NCBI GenBank assembly: GCA_963722255.1 | Contig: CAVRJO010000001.1 | Coordinates: 544,001 to 608,000, forward strand | Reading direction: 5' to 3' | DNA from: Candidatus Babeliales bacterium | GTDB lineage: Bacteria; Babelota; Babeliae; Babelales; JANWKD01 | Length of the DNA: 64,000 nt | In this document: positions 1-9,257 of the stretch, one piece after another | Numbering within the stretch: the first letter of the stretch is position 1 | Layout: each line of letters opens with the position of its first letter | The notes under the pieces: generated by a model | Database searches by the model: none | The model's input: the letters and a program-made list of their open reading frames with translations, nothing else | Told to the model about the DNA's origin: nothing | Translations under genes and position numbers: made by a program

Positions 1-462
1 AGGATATGTTCTTCGTACTAATTGCACTAATGATGGATACTGAACAATAGTCTGATTCGCTGAGATATTAGTTGGCTGATATGCTGTAGCTGAAGGTAGT
101 GTCAATGAAGCCAAATGGTCTGCCCGAGCTGGATTAATCTGTGGTGCTTGTTCTGGAAACAAAGGAATCAATGCGTTATATGCTATGTCTATTTGCTCAG
201 CTTCAGCTTCGTCTTTTGCATTCATCCTCCGAACAGAGTAAACTCGATGAATATCATTAATCGTTGGATTAGGAGTAAAGGTAGTATTTACCCCTAAAAC
301 TCCAAGCCAAATTGCTCTTAAATTTTGCTGCGACCCTTCATTAAGTGCTTGGCTTGCAAAAGTTTCTTGAGGATTAGCATCACTATCTCTTTCTTCCATG
401 CACAATGCATTACCAGCGCAACAAAGTGCTGCAAATAAAGAAAGCTTGTAAAAACTATTCAT
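1..462 (-). CDS. Secreted hypothetical protein (runs off the window start); weak J-domain-like segment
   Basis: Manual translation from ATG 462: MNSFYKLSLFAALCCAGNALCMEE... open to base 1; signal peptide followed by CME. Confidence 0.75.
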   Translation of the reverse strand, partial: MNSFYKLSLFAALCCAGNALCMEERDSDANPQETFASQALNEGSQQNLRAIWLGVLGVNTTFTPNPTINDIHRVYSVRRMNAKDEAEAEQIDIAYNALIPLFPEQAPQINPARADHLASLTLPSATAYQPTNISANQTIVQYPSLVQLVRRTYP

Positions 463-657
463 ATTGGTGTCCCTTCATAAAATAGGTTAAACCTATCTAG
501 TTTTGTAAAATAAAATAAAACCATTATTTTTATAAACCAATAGCTCTAATGTAATATAGTTGAAATTTATTATAAGCATTATTATTGATTTATATTCAAA
601 TATTACTATTTAAAACAACTAAAGTCAAAAGCCATGAATAATAATACCTTGAGTAAA

Positions 658-1404
658 TTATTCCTTATAGTTAATTTGATAAAGCATAAGGCCATGTGGA
701 GGAGCCATCATAAAGCGCTGATTAGGGTTTTTTTGCTCTAAAGCCAACAGAAGATCATCAAGAACCATCTTTCCTGAGGCTACATCAATACATGCCCCTA
801 CTATACGTCGAATCATATACCGTAAAAATCCTTTTGCTCTAAAAGTAAGCCTTGTAGCTCCTGAATCATCTTGAAGAATCTCTATGGAATCTATCCTACG
901 CACTGTTGATGTATACTCTTTACCCGTACAAAATGAACGAAAATCATGGGTTCCTATAAAAAGCCCTACTGCTTTTTGAAGAAGCTCTACATCAACCTGA
1001 TGCTCATGAAAATAACCATATCGAGCCTGCCAAGGCTGAGGCTCATCACGTAGGAGCATATAATGGTAAACCTTTTCTATAACATCAAAACGAGGATGAA
1101 AAGAATGAGGAACCTGCTTACAAGAGCGAATACGCACACGAGCGGGCATATTATCATTCAATGCCCGCTGTATTGTGCAAGAATCTACTGCAAGATCAGT
1201 AAAAAATGTAGCAACTTGGCCAAAAGCGTGAACGCCGGCATCGGTTCGTGATGCCCCGATCAAATGAATCTCTTTTTTGAAAATACCTTCAAATGTGCGC
1301 TCAATCAAATTAGCAATCGATTGACCATTTTTTTGAATCTGCCAACCTGAAAAATCAGTGCCATCATATGCTATAATGAGCTTATACTGTTTATTTTCTA
1401 ACAT
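658..1404 (-). CDS. truA: tRNA pseudouridine(38-40) synthase TruA
   Basis: IAYDGTDFSGWQ, GASRTDAGVHA, GTHDFRSF, GFLRYMIRRIVG motifs. Confidence 0.97.
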   Translation of the reverse strand: MLENKQYKLIIAYDGTDFSGWQIQKNGQSIANLIERTFEGIFKKEIHLIGASRTDAGVHAFGQVATFFTDLAVDSCTIQRALNDNMPARVRIRSCKQVPHSFHPRFDVIEKVYHYMLLRDEPQPWQARYGYFHEHQVDVELLQKAVGLFIGTHDFRSFCTGKEYTSTVRRIDSIEILQDDSGATRLTFRAKGFLRYMIRRIVGACIDVASGKMVLDDLLLALEQKNPNQRFMMAPPHGLMLYQINYKE

Positions 1405-3205
1405 TTGCTTTAAGAATTTTCTTTCTTAAACGAATGCTATTTGGTGTAACTTCAATAAGCTCATCAGGCATGATCCATTCCATACACTCTTCAAGTTCCA
1501 TAACTTTAGGCGGTGTAAGTTTAATCATATCATCAGTACCTGAAGCACGCATGTTGGTAAGCTTTTTTTGCTTACATGGATTCACATCCATATCATCATC
1601 ACGGCTATTTTCACCAATAATCATACCTTCATAAATATTTTGAGCAGGTCCAATGAAGAGCGTTCCACGAGACTGTAAGTTATCCAATGCAAAGCCTGTT
1701 GATTGGCCGGATTCCATAGAAACCAAAGCACCCTTAGTACGCGTTGGAATGTCGCCCTTATACGGCTGATACCCTAAAAAGGTAAAGTTAGCTAATCCGG
1801 TACCGCGCGTATCGGTTAAAAATTGACTTCTAAAGCCGAGTAATCCGCGGGATGGAACTTCAAACTCAAGACGCATTCTTCCATTTTCATAATTATGAAT
1901 GTTTTTCAATTCAGCTTTTTTTCTACCAAGCTTTTCCATGATAATGCCTTGATGCTCTTCCATCACATCAACTACCAAATATTCGATTGGTTCGCATTTT
2001 ACGCCATCAATCGTTTTATAGATAACTTCAGGAGCAGAAAGTTGTAATTCAAAACCTTCTCTTCTCATATTTTCAACCAAAATACCAAGATGCAATTGCC
2101 CTCTACCGGACACTTTAAATTTTTCCGGCGATTCAGTTGGATCAACTCGAAGCGCCACGTTTGTCTTAAGCTCTTTTTCAAGACGTTCTTTAATTTGGCG
2201 CGAGGTTAATAATTTACCATCTCTTCCTGTGAACGGAGAATCGTTAACCGAAAAATAGATAGAGAGTGTTGGTTCATCAATTTTTACATAGGGATATGGC
2301 AATGGGTGACCAACTTCACAAAGCGTTGTACCAATAGTAACGGGCTCAGTAAAACCTGCTACAGCAACAATATCACCAAATTCTGCTTTTTGTGATTCAA
2401 TTCTTTGCAATCCTTGGAAGGTATATACCTTGGTGAACTTCATGGTTTTGCTGACAGTTTCATCAAGACAACAAGTAAATTGTTGCCCAACTTCAATAGA
2501 ACCACTAAAAACACGCCCAATAGCAATAGGCCCTAAGAAATCGGAATGATCTAAACTGGTAACCAATACTTGCATATGATCACTTTTAGCAACGGGAGCA
2601 GGAATTGTTGCAATAATAGATTCAAAGAGTGGCGTCATGTCGCCCGACATTTTTGTAGCATCAAAATTAGCAAAACCCAATTTAGAAGAACCATATAAAA
2701 TAGGGAATTCAAGTTGTGATTCATTTTGAGCCAAATCTAAAAAGAGATCCTGAATCAAGGATTCCGTTTTTTGTATATCAGCATCCTTACGATCAATCTT
2801 GTTAATAAGCACAATAGGTTTCAAATTAAGTTCAAGAGCTTTTCTTAATACAAAACGAGTTCCGGGTAGCACACCTTCCGCTGCATCAACAAGCAGTAAA
2901 AAGCCTTCTACCATTTGCAAGGTACGTTCAACTTCACCACCAAAATCACTGTGCCCGGGGGTATCAACAATATTAATGGTATATTCACCATCTTTATCCT
3001 GATATTTTATTCCGGTGTTTTTAGCTAAAATGGTGATTCCGCGCTCTTTTTCCAAAGCATTAGAATCCATAACGCGATCGGTAACATCGCTTACTAAAGT
3101 GCCTGATTGACGTAATAATTTATCTACCAAGGTTGTTTTACCATGGTCAACGTGAGCAATAATAGCTATATTGCGCAGATGTGTTCTTTGTGTCATTTTA
3201 TTCAT
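1391..3205 (-). CDS. typA: Translational GTPase TypA/BipA
   Basis: LRNIAIIAHVDHGKTT, DTPGHSDFGGEVER, GRGQLHL, KKLTNMRASG, EVTPNSIRLRK. Confidence 0.98.
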   Translation of the reverse strand: MNKMTQRTHLRNIAIIAHVDHGKTTLVDKLLRQSGTLVSDVTDRVMDSNALEKERGITILAKNTGIKYQDKDGEYTINIVDTPGHSDFGGEVERTLQMVEGFLLLVDAAEGVLPGTRFVLRKALELNLKPIVLINKIDRKDADIQKTESLIQDLFLDLAQNESQLEFPILYGSSKLGFANFDATKMSGDMTPLFESIIATIPAPVAKSDHMQVLVTSLDHSDFLGPIAIGRVFSGSIEVGQQFTCCLDETVSKTMKFTKVYTFQGLQRIESQKAEFGDIVAVAGFTEPVTIGTTLCEVGHPLPYPYVKIDEPTLSIYFSVNDSPFTGRDGKLLTSRQIKERLEKELKTNVALRVDPTESPEKFKVSGRGQLHLGILVENMRREGFELQLSAPEVIYKTIDGVKCEPIEYLVVDVMEEHQGIIMEKLGRKKAELKNIHNYENGRMRLEFEVPSRGLLGFRSQFLTDTRGTGLANFTFLGYQPYKGDIPTRTKGALVSMESGQSTGFALDNLQSRGTLFIGPAQNIYEGMIIGENSRDDDMDVNPCKQKKLTNMRASGTDDMIKLTPPKVMELEECMEWIMPDELIEVTPNSIRLRKKILKANVRK

Positions 3206-3290
3206 ATTAATACCTATAATTTCTTTATATATAAAAAATTGCCTTTATTTCTAATTGTAAACTATTTTTTATATTTAGCAAATTTTTAAT

Positions 3291-3322
3291 AAAAAGCCCG
3301 TATCTTCACAATACGGGCTTTT
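3291..3322. terminator. Intrinsic terminator downstream of rpsR
   Basis: AAAAAGCCCGTAT-loop-ATACGGGCTTTT inverted repeat with A/T tails. Confidence 0.8.
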
Positions 3323-3355
3323 GCATACTCTAATTCTTGTAAAAACAAAGAACGA

Positions 3356-3649
3356 TTAATACTGAGGTGCACAATAAGGAATCAAGGCCATGACACGAGC
3401 TTTTTTTATCATATGAGAAATGATTCTCTGATGACGATTGCATGCGCCTGAAATCCTTGAAGGCAAAATTTTGCCCCGTTCAGTTAAAAAATTTCTTAAC
3501 AAAGTTGCATTCTTATAATCAATAAGTTGCACTTGTGTAAGGTTGGAACAAAAACGGCACTGTTTTGCAACCGTTAATGAACTTTTACGACGATTCTTTT
3601 TTTTAAGCAATCGCGAACTTATCTTAAGCTTTGATATTTTTTTTGACAT
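3356..3649 (-). CDS. rpsR: 30S ribosomal protein S18 (zinc-binding form, basic N-terminal extension)
   Basis: CRFC...IDYKN...ERGKILPSRISGAC..HQR...KARVMALIPY. Confidence 0.96.
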   Translation of the reverse strand: MSKKISKLKISSRLLKKKNRRKSSLTVAKQCRFCSNLTQVQLIDYKNATLLRNFLTERGKILPSRISGACNRHQRIISHMIKKARVMALIPYCAPQY

Positions 3650-3657
3650 AGATTCCT

Positions 3658-4170
3658 CTATTCTTCGTCTTCCTGTTCCTCTTGAACATCATCTAATAGT
3701 CCATCACCCTCAAGATCTTCTTCCTGTACATATTCAGATTTTTTTACATCATGATGAGCGCTTTTGGAAATGAGACCTTCCATTTTGTTCTCACGAAGGA
3801 ATGAATCAACATCACGAGCAGGAATATCTTCCAATGACTCTGGCTTAATATAGGTAAGCGGTTGATTTGGATCTAAAACTGTCATCATATTGCGCATAAC
3901 AACATCAGCTTTTTTAAAAGAGAAAAGTGCATTGAGATCATGAAGAAGTTCATGGCTCGATTCGTTTTCAACCTCAAAGCGTAATAAGAAGTATACACCA
4001 TACTCATTTCTTCTGACCGGGTATGCTAAACGATATTTTCCCCAGCGTTCAAAGGATATCATTGATCCTTTAGCCTTTTTTATTAATTGATCGACCTGCT
4101 TTTCCAAAGAAGAAGATTCATCTTTGGTAATTTCAGGTACCGCAAGAAGTAACGTTTCATAACGTACCAT
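3658..4170 (-). CDS. rpsF: 30S ribosomal protein S6 with long acidic C-terminal tail
   Basis: RYETLLL...WGKYRLAYPV...GVYFL; adjacent to rpsR. Confidence 0.93.
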   Translation of the reverse strand: MVRYETLLLAVPEITKDESSSLEKQVDQLIKKAKGSMISFERWGKYRLAYPVRRNEYGVYFLLRFEVENESSHELLHDLNALFSFKKADVVMRNMMTVLDPNQPLTYIKPESLEDIPARDVDSFLRENKMEGLISKSAHHDVKKSEYVQEEDLEGDGLLDDVQEEQEDEE

Positions 4171-4175
4171 ACGAC

Positions 4176-4258
4176 ATGCCCTTTATTAAAGATACTAACT
4201 GGAAATACTTCACACAGAAGCATTATAAAACCAACGTTTTATTTAGTACACGGGGCAC
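4176..4258 (-). promoter_or_regulatory. Possible S6:S18 autoregulatory leader
   Basis: On the minus strand TGCCC(CG)...TACTAA can pair with TTAGTA...GGGCA (the SD region); CCG next to the stem. Confidence 0.3.
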
Positions 4259-4280
4259 TAAAATAATGATAAGTATAGCA

Positions 4281-4317
4281 TAAAGGTTACAAAAAAATAG
4301 CTTTTTTGTAACCTTTA
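4281..4317. terminator. Hairpin/terminator after the XRE regulator
   Basis: TAAAGGTTACAAAAAA...TTTTTTGTAACCTTTA inverted repeat. Confidence 0.6.
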
Positions 4318-4326
4318 TCTAATTTT

Positions 4327-5001
4327 TTATACAAAACACTGATGGCGTTGAATTACGCGACCAATAATTCTGAAATGATCTTTTCCACGAACAAGTGCTA
4401 TTGGTGGATTTTTATGATTTACTGCTTCTAAAACAATAAAATCTTCAGTGTAGGTAATTTGCATAATTGCTTTTATCGGAGCATCATTACCATATTCAAC
4501 AGCAGCTATATCGCCTGAACGGGTCCATACCTCTGGAGAAATAATAAGAATGTCGCCTTTAATAAAAGTAGGTGCCATTAAGTTATTATCAATAGCTAAA
4601 CCAAACATTGCTGCATCAGTAGTATTTAAGATAGGAATAAACTCATCTTTATGGCCACTGGTTATCTGCATTAACTGGTTATTGTACGGTGATGGATTTG
4701 AAGGAACTTCACCCACAACCGGAATAATTTGTACTTTTAATTCTACTTCTGATTTTTCTGGCATGCTTACATTACTGTCAATATTATCAGTACGCTTACG
4801 TCTTTGCGCAAAAAGATCAATTGGACTTATTTCAAAAGCATTTGCAAGCTTTCTCAATGAATCCTCGTTCCAACGACGTGTACCATTTTTAATATGGGTT
4901 AGATAACTTTCAGACATACCTGTTTTTTCTGCAAGAATCTTGGTCGTCCAACCTTTTTCTCGCAAAAGTTCTTTAACTCTTAATTCAGTCATTGAAGACA
5001 T
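4327..5001 (-). CDS. XRE-family HTH regulator with S24/LexA-like C-terminal domain (probably non-cleavable)
   Basis: N-terminal HTH (LREKGWTTKILAEKTGMSESYLTHIKNG); IPVVGEV, FGLAIDNNLMAPTFIKGDILII, RIIGRVI. Confidence 0.88.
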   Translation of the reverse strand: MSSMTELRVKELLREKGWTTKILAEKTGMSESYLTHIKNGTRRWNEDSLRKLANAFEISPIDLFAQRRKRTDNIDSNVSMPEKSEVELKVQIIPVVGEVPSNPSPYNNQLMQITSGHKDEFIPILNTTDAAMFGLAIDNNLMAPTFIKGDILIISPEVWTRSGDIAAVEYGNDAPIKAIMQITYTEDFIVLEAVNHKNPPIALVRGKDHFRIIGRVIQRHQCFV

Positions 5002-5200
5002 AGGGATAAACTCCTCTAGTATAATATTGATTGAAATGTGATAGTATGGTTACATTAATATATTTATTTCTAATTGTACTCGCATTATTGTTTTTGTCAA
5101 ATGGAAACTTTCAAAGCAGAGAAAATATATCCCAAGATAAGACCCCCCTTCATGGCCCTACCCTGGAAAACCGCTCCTCCTTAATTGCAATAAATTCAAT

Positions 5201-5229
5201 TTGACAATGTTAAATAACAATGGCATACT
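5201..5229 (+). promoter_or_regulatory. Sigma70-type promoter
   Basis: TTGACA-17 nt-CATACT upstream of GGAG RBS and ATG 5283. Confidence 0.6.
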
Positions 5230-5282
5230 TTTTATAAACAAAAATTATAACAATCATTTCAATATGTATACTTGGAGATTAT

Positions 5283-6323
5283 ATGAAAAATAGTTTTTTA
5301 TTAAAAATTACACTCTGTATAGGGTTACTTATACCCTTTCAATCGCATGCTTCACTAGACTCGCTTACTAATTCATTGAAAAGCTTTGGTAGCTCATGTT
5401 TTTCGTCCTTATATTCGACGATTAAAGGCCATAAACTTGAAGCCACTATTGGCTTTTTAACAATGAGCGTTGGATTTGGAGCTTTAGCTTATTGGAAATA
5501 TAAAACTATTCAACAGAAAAAAACATTTAAAATAATTGAAGACTCTAAACCAAAAAGATGCACAACGCTATCTTATAAAAAGTTACAAAACCTTATCAAC
5601 GGAATTGGGACAAAAGAATTTTGCGAGCAACTCAATATAGAAGATCCGTTAATACAATTTCTACCATGCGAAAGTCAACGTAATTATCTCTATCTTACAT
5701 CAAGCAGGCTTATGAATTTCACTGCAAGAAATAAGCATACCTTAATGGAATTTCATAAAACTTTTAGCAATCCTACTACTGCAGAAGCAATAGAATATAA
5801 AGAATCTCTTGCAGATAACTATAAAATTCATCTCATGCCAAAAACTGCAGAAGATTTTATGTTATTACTTGAGCGTATTGTTGTAGCATTACACTTTAAT
5901 CCAGAATTCTCTGAAAAGATTGCAATTATAAAGCTCTTTAAAAGCGCAGCATATGGTGACCCTATGCTTCTTAGTAGTTTAAAAGCAAATCCCAAAAGGG
6001 AAGTTTATCCTCTTATCGTTATCTATCCAATAAGCTCATACGATGCTGCAAGCTATATTCACAGCTACTGCTATCACAACTTTAAAGACATTCAGGGACT
6101 TGGTATATCTCCTCGCTTTAATAAAAAAACAAATGACCTTCTTTATTCTGCAGGAGGCGATGGCGATTACAAAGGTAATAATTGTTCTGAAAGTCCTTAT
6201 CTTCCTGGCTATGACTTTACACACTATTATGAAAGACATGAAGGCCACGATGACGATATGGCGCTTTATAAACCTGACTTTGTTGAAGAAGGTGTGGAAA
6301 TCGATTATACCTTGCACCTTTAA
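5283..6323 (+). CDS. Secreted/membrane-anchored hypothetical protein; possible OspF/SpvC-like lyase-fold domain
   Basis: Signal peptide, TM helix, then YKIHLMP...IKLFK...PLIVIYP...PRFN...GGDGDYK. Confidence 0.75.
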   Translation: MKNSFLLKITLCIGLLIPFQSHASLDSLTNSLKSFGSSCFSSLYSTIKGHKLEATIGFLTMSVGFGALAYWKYKTIQQKKTFKIIEDSKPKRCTTLSYKKLQNLINGIGTKEFCEQLNIEDPLIQFLPCESQRNYLYLTSSRLMNFTARNKHTLMEFHKTFSNPTTAEAIEYKESLADNYKIHLMPKTAEDFMLLLERIVVALHFNPEFSEKIAIIKLFKSAAYGDPMLLSSLKANPKREVYPLIVIYPISSYDAASYIHSYCYHNFKDIQGLGISPRFNKKTNDLLYSAGGDGDYKGNNCSESPYLPGYDFTHYYERHEGHDDDMALYKPDFVEEGVEIDYTLHL

Positions 6324-6411
6324 TGCGATTCATTTTAAAATATTCAAAAAGGGTTAGAATATTCAAGCATTCTATAACGTTACCTTATAAAAAGTTACCT
6401 AGGGGGAAATA

Positions 6412-6972
6412 ATGATGTTTATAAAAGGATATATGCTTCATATAACTCTAGGAATAACTTTCATAACCAGCACACCACAACTGCATGCAATAGATCTAAC
6501 TGATTTCAAAAATTTTAGCTCGAGCATTTTTGAGTCAAGCACAAACTTTATAAAACAATACAGTTATAAGTTTGCTTCATATTCCTATGAAACAGCATAC
6601 AAGTATAATAAACCAGTTCTTTATTGGACTTTAGGATTAACAGCTTTTAGCATTATAGCATACAAGCATCTTCACACCTTTTTTGCAACACAACATAAAA
6701 ATTCATATTTTACGCTAAATAAAGGTATTACCCAAGATGAACCTACTGCCGAACTTGAAGAACCAGAAATCACTACAACTGAGAGAATACCAATTTCAAC
6801 TACAAGTTTTTTTATTGTTACTTCAGTGGAAATTGGGAACCATCGTCGTTATATACTAACTATTTGCGATAAGGTTGGCATTATTGAAAAAATACCACTT
6901 ACATCGAACAATAAGACTATTTTGAATTATTACAAAGACCTTCATACAGAATACTTGAAATCCAAATCATGA
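6412..6972 (+). CDS. Secreted/membrane-anchored hypothetical protein
   Basis: Signal peptide plus TM; N-terminus resembles that of the 5283 ORF; RBS GGGGG. Confidence 0.7.
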   Translation: MMFIKGYMLHITLGITFITSTPQLHAIDLTDFKNFSSSIFESSTNFIKQYSYKFASYSYETAYKYNKPVLYWTLGLTAFSIIAYKHLHTFFATQHKNSYFTLNKGITQDEPTAELEEPEITTTERIPISTTSFFIVTSVEIGNHRRYILTICDKVGIIEKIPLTSNNKTILNYYKDLHTEYLKSKS

Positions 6973-7064
6973 GAAATGATAATTCCCATTTATCGTAAAT
7001 AGGTATATACTTGCTCATAGTATTAAAAAAATTACAACTCTTTTCTATTGAGCATTGTTCTTCC

Positions 7065-7820
7065 ATGGCAACACAAGCAGTTAAAACTCGTTTTAATAAA
7101 AACTATTTTGAACATACTGCATGGAACTCTAATGAACTGATTTGCGGCATTGATGAAGTAGGCAGAGGATGCTTAGCAGGCCCAATTGTTGTTGCTTGCG
7201 TGGTACTCTTTGCCAACAAAATAAGTCGCCATCTTAAAGATTCAAAAGCAATGACTCATGAAGAGCGAGAAAAAGCAGCACTCTGGATCATGAAAAATAG
7301 CTGGTATTCGGTCGGAATTGCACATCATCGCATTGTTGATATACACAATGTATATCAAGCAACGCTCAAAGCAATGAAAAGATCTTATTTACAACTTATG
7401 ACCCAAATTCCAAAAAAGCCAAAAACGATTGTTATCGATGCAATGCCACTCAATTTGGCAAACACAGCCTTTCATGAGACCGATGTATACTATTTTCCTT
7501 ATGGTGAAAGCAAATCGAGCTCAATTGCGGCAGCGTCTATACTTGCTAAAGTTAGCAGAGATTATCTTATGGCAGATCAATTTGAAGCTCTATTTCCCGG
7601 ATACAGCTTTGCAAACCACAAAGGTTACGCTACTCCCTTGCATAAAAATGCAGTACGCACAATAGGCCATTCAATTATTCATAGATTAACTTATTTATCA
7701 CAAGTATATGATCTACAAGCTGACCTGCAAAACCAACAAACGATCGAAGATTATTTGAACAATTGCACCGATATTTCAGATATCGAAGATCATGATGCTG
7801 AAATTTCCTTTATACTATAG
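7065..7820 (+). CDS. rnhB: Ribonuclease HII
   Basis: CGIDEVGRGCLAGP, LKDSK, IDA, SIAAASILAKVSRD, NHKGY, HR; ATG 7065 preferred over TTG 7011. Confidence 0.95.
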   Translation: MATQAVKTRFNKNYFEHTAWNSNELICGIDEVGRGCLAGPIVVACVVLFANKISRHLKDSKAMTHEEREKAALWIMKNSWYSVGIAHHRIVDIHNVYQATLKAMKRSYLQLMTQIPKKPKTIVIDAMPLNLANTAFHETDVYYFPYGESKSSSIAAASILAKVSRDYLMADQFEALFPGYSFANHKGYATPLHKNAVRTIGHSIIHRLTYLSQVYDLQADLQNQQTIEDYLNNCTDISDIEDHDAEISFIL

Positions 7821-7835
7821 AAAGTAGGTATAACA

Positions 7836-8438
7836 ATGCATACAATAAAACCATTTGCAGAAGTTATTGAAAGTTCACTTATAGGTTGGCTTGCCCAAAG
7901 TTGGCAATGGGATAGATTTCCAGCATTTGGATCCTTAGTGGTAATTGAAAATAAAAAACGCTGTCTTTTTGGCATCGTTCATCAAATTAAAACAGGCTCT
8001 ATGGATCCGGTTCGCTATCCTTTTGCTTATCAAAAAACAGAAGAAGAACTTGCTCAAGAACAGCCACAAATATTTGAATTTTTAAAAACAACCTTTTCGT
8101 GTCTTACCCTTGGTTACAAAGAAAAAGACAAAATATTATATCAATTAGCTCCTGAACCTCCGAAAATTCACTCGTTTGTTTATGCTGCATCTCCTGAACT
8201 TATTCAAGAATTTTTTTCTAATGAACAGTATTTACATATACTTTTTGGCCTAGCAAACCAACTTTTTAATCTTGAGGAACTCTTGCTGGCTTTATTAAAA
8301 AATTTGAATGATCATAAAATCATGCACCCCAAAACGGTTCAATCATTCGTTCAAACCTTCTCATTGCTCATAGGTAATGATTATCGAAGAGTTAAATTAT
8401 TTCTCCAACGTGCGCAACCACTTTTGACAATTCAATAG
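7836..8438 (+). CDS. HAS-barrel domain protein
   Basis: AEVIESS...PAFGSLV...GIV...TGSMDP.R.P...EEEL..EQPQIF..L.T.F...LGY...P..PP.IH pattern typical of standalone HAS-barrel proteins. Confidence 0.75.
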   Translation: MHTIKPFAEVIESSLIGWLAQSWQWDRFPAFGSLVVIENKKRCLFGIVHQIKTGSMDPVRYPFAYQKTEEELAQEQPQIFEFLKTTFSCLTLGYKEKDKILYQLAPEPPKIHSFVYAASPELIQEFFSNEQYLHILFGLANQLFNLEELLLALLKNLNDHKIMHPKTVQSFVQTFSLLIGNDYRRVKLFLQRAQPLLTIQ

Positions 8439-8500
8439 ACAAAATTAAAATAGTATTAGTTATCTATTTATTTTTTACAGTTTTATTCAAAGGAATTTTT

Positions 8501-9070
8501 ATGAAAAAACAACTCTTATTATCGGTCATCGCTATCGCTACTTTTGCAGGAATGGCCAAGGGAATGCAAGAACCATTACTAGTAGGAAAAACATTCAATT
8601 CTTCTTTTTACGTAGACTGCCATGATCTTTCACAAGATAGAAGGGAAGAATTATGTAAACAATTAGATAAATTACTTAATCTTGAAAGACCAAAGCGAGA
8701 TAAATCACTCTATTCTGTTTATGATATTCTTATTGGTGTTCTAGGAGTAGAAAATCTTAATCCAAAACAAATTGGAGATAATACTAATCATACTACTTTG
8801 ACAATTATGCTAAAGGGTACTTACGTTGATGAGGAAGGAAATCTTGATTTCTATGATGCTGCACATATACTACATGAACATAGCAGCATCCTAAAACCTC
8901 TTATATCAGGTGAGCCACAAAAGCCTAATTTCAAAACCCCTGCACCTATAGGGAATCAAACCTCAGGCCCAAGTCTTTCATGGTTGCTCCCAACTATTAC
9001 CTATGGCGGATTGTTCTTTGGGGGCATGGCAGTTTTAAAAGCATACCAATGGTATAAAGGTACTAAATAG
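8501..9070 (+). CDS. Secreted protein with C-terminal TM anchor
   Basis: Signal peptide (..KGMQ), Pro-rich linker, C-terminal hydrophobic helix plus Lys tail. Confidence 0.8.
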   Translation: MKKQLLLSVIAIATFAGMAKGMQEPLLVGKTFNSSFYVDCHDLSQDRREELCKQLDKLLNLERPKRDKSLYSVYDILIGVLGVENLNPKQIGDNTNHTTLTIMLKGTYVDEEGNLDFYDAAHILHEHSSILKPLISGEPQKPNFKTPAPIGNQTSGPSLSWLLPTITYGGLFFGGMAVLKAYQWYKGTK

Positions 9071-9090
9071 TTTTCTTACGGGTATTTTAA

Positions 9091-9132
9091 GGTAAATAAG
9101 AGCTTTTCATTACAAAAAGGCTCTTATCTACC
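9091..9132 (+). terminator. Hairpin/terminator
   Basis: GGTAAATAAGAGCTTTT...AAAAGGCTCTTATCTACC imperfect inverted repeat. Confidence 0.55.
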
Positions 9133-9257
9133 GTAAAACACCTATCGTTGATCTTTTTTATCATTAGCAATTAAATTCAAATTGACATAATTATAAATAC
9201 CCCTATACTAATATATATATACAAATTAAAGTGAATTAATACTATTGTGAGGTTTTT

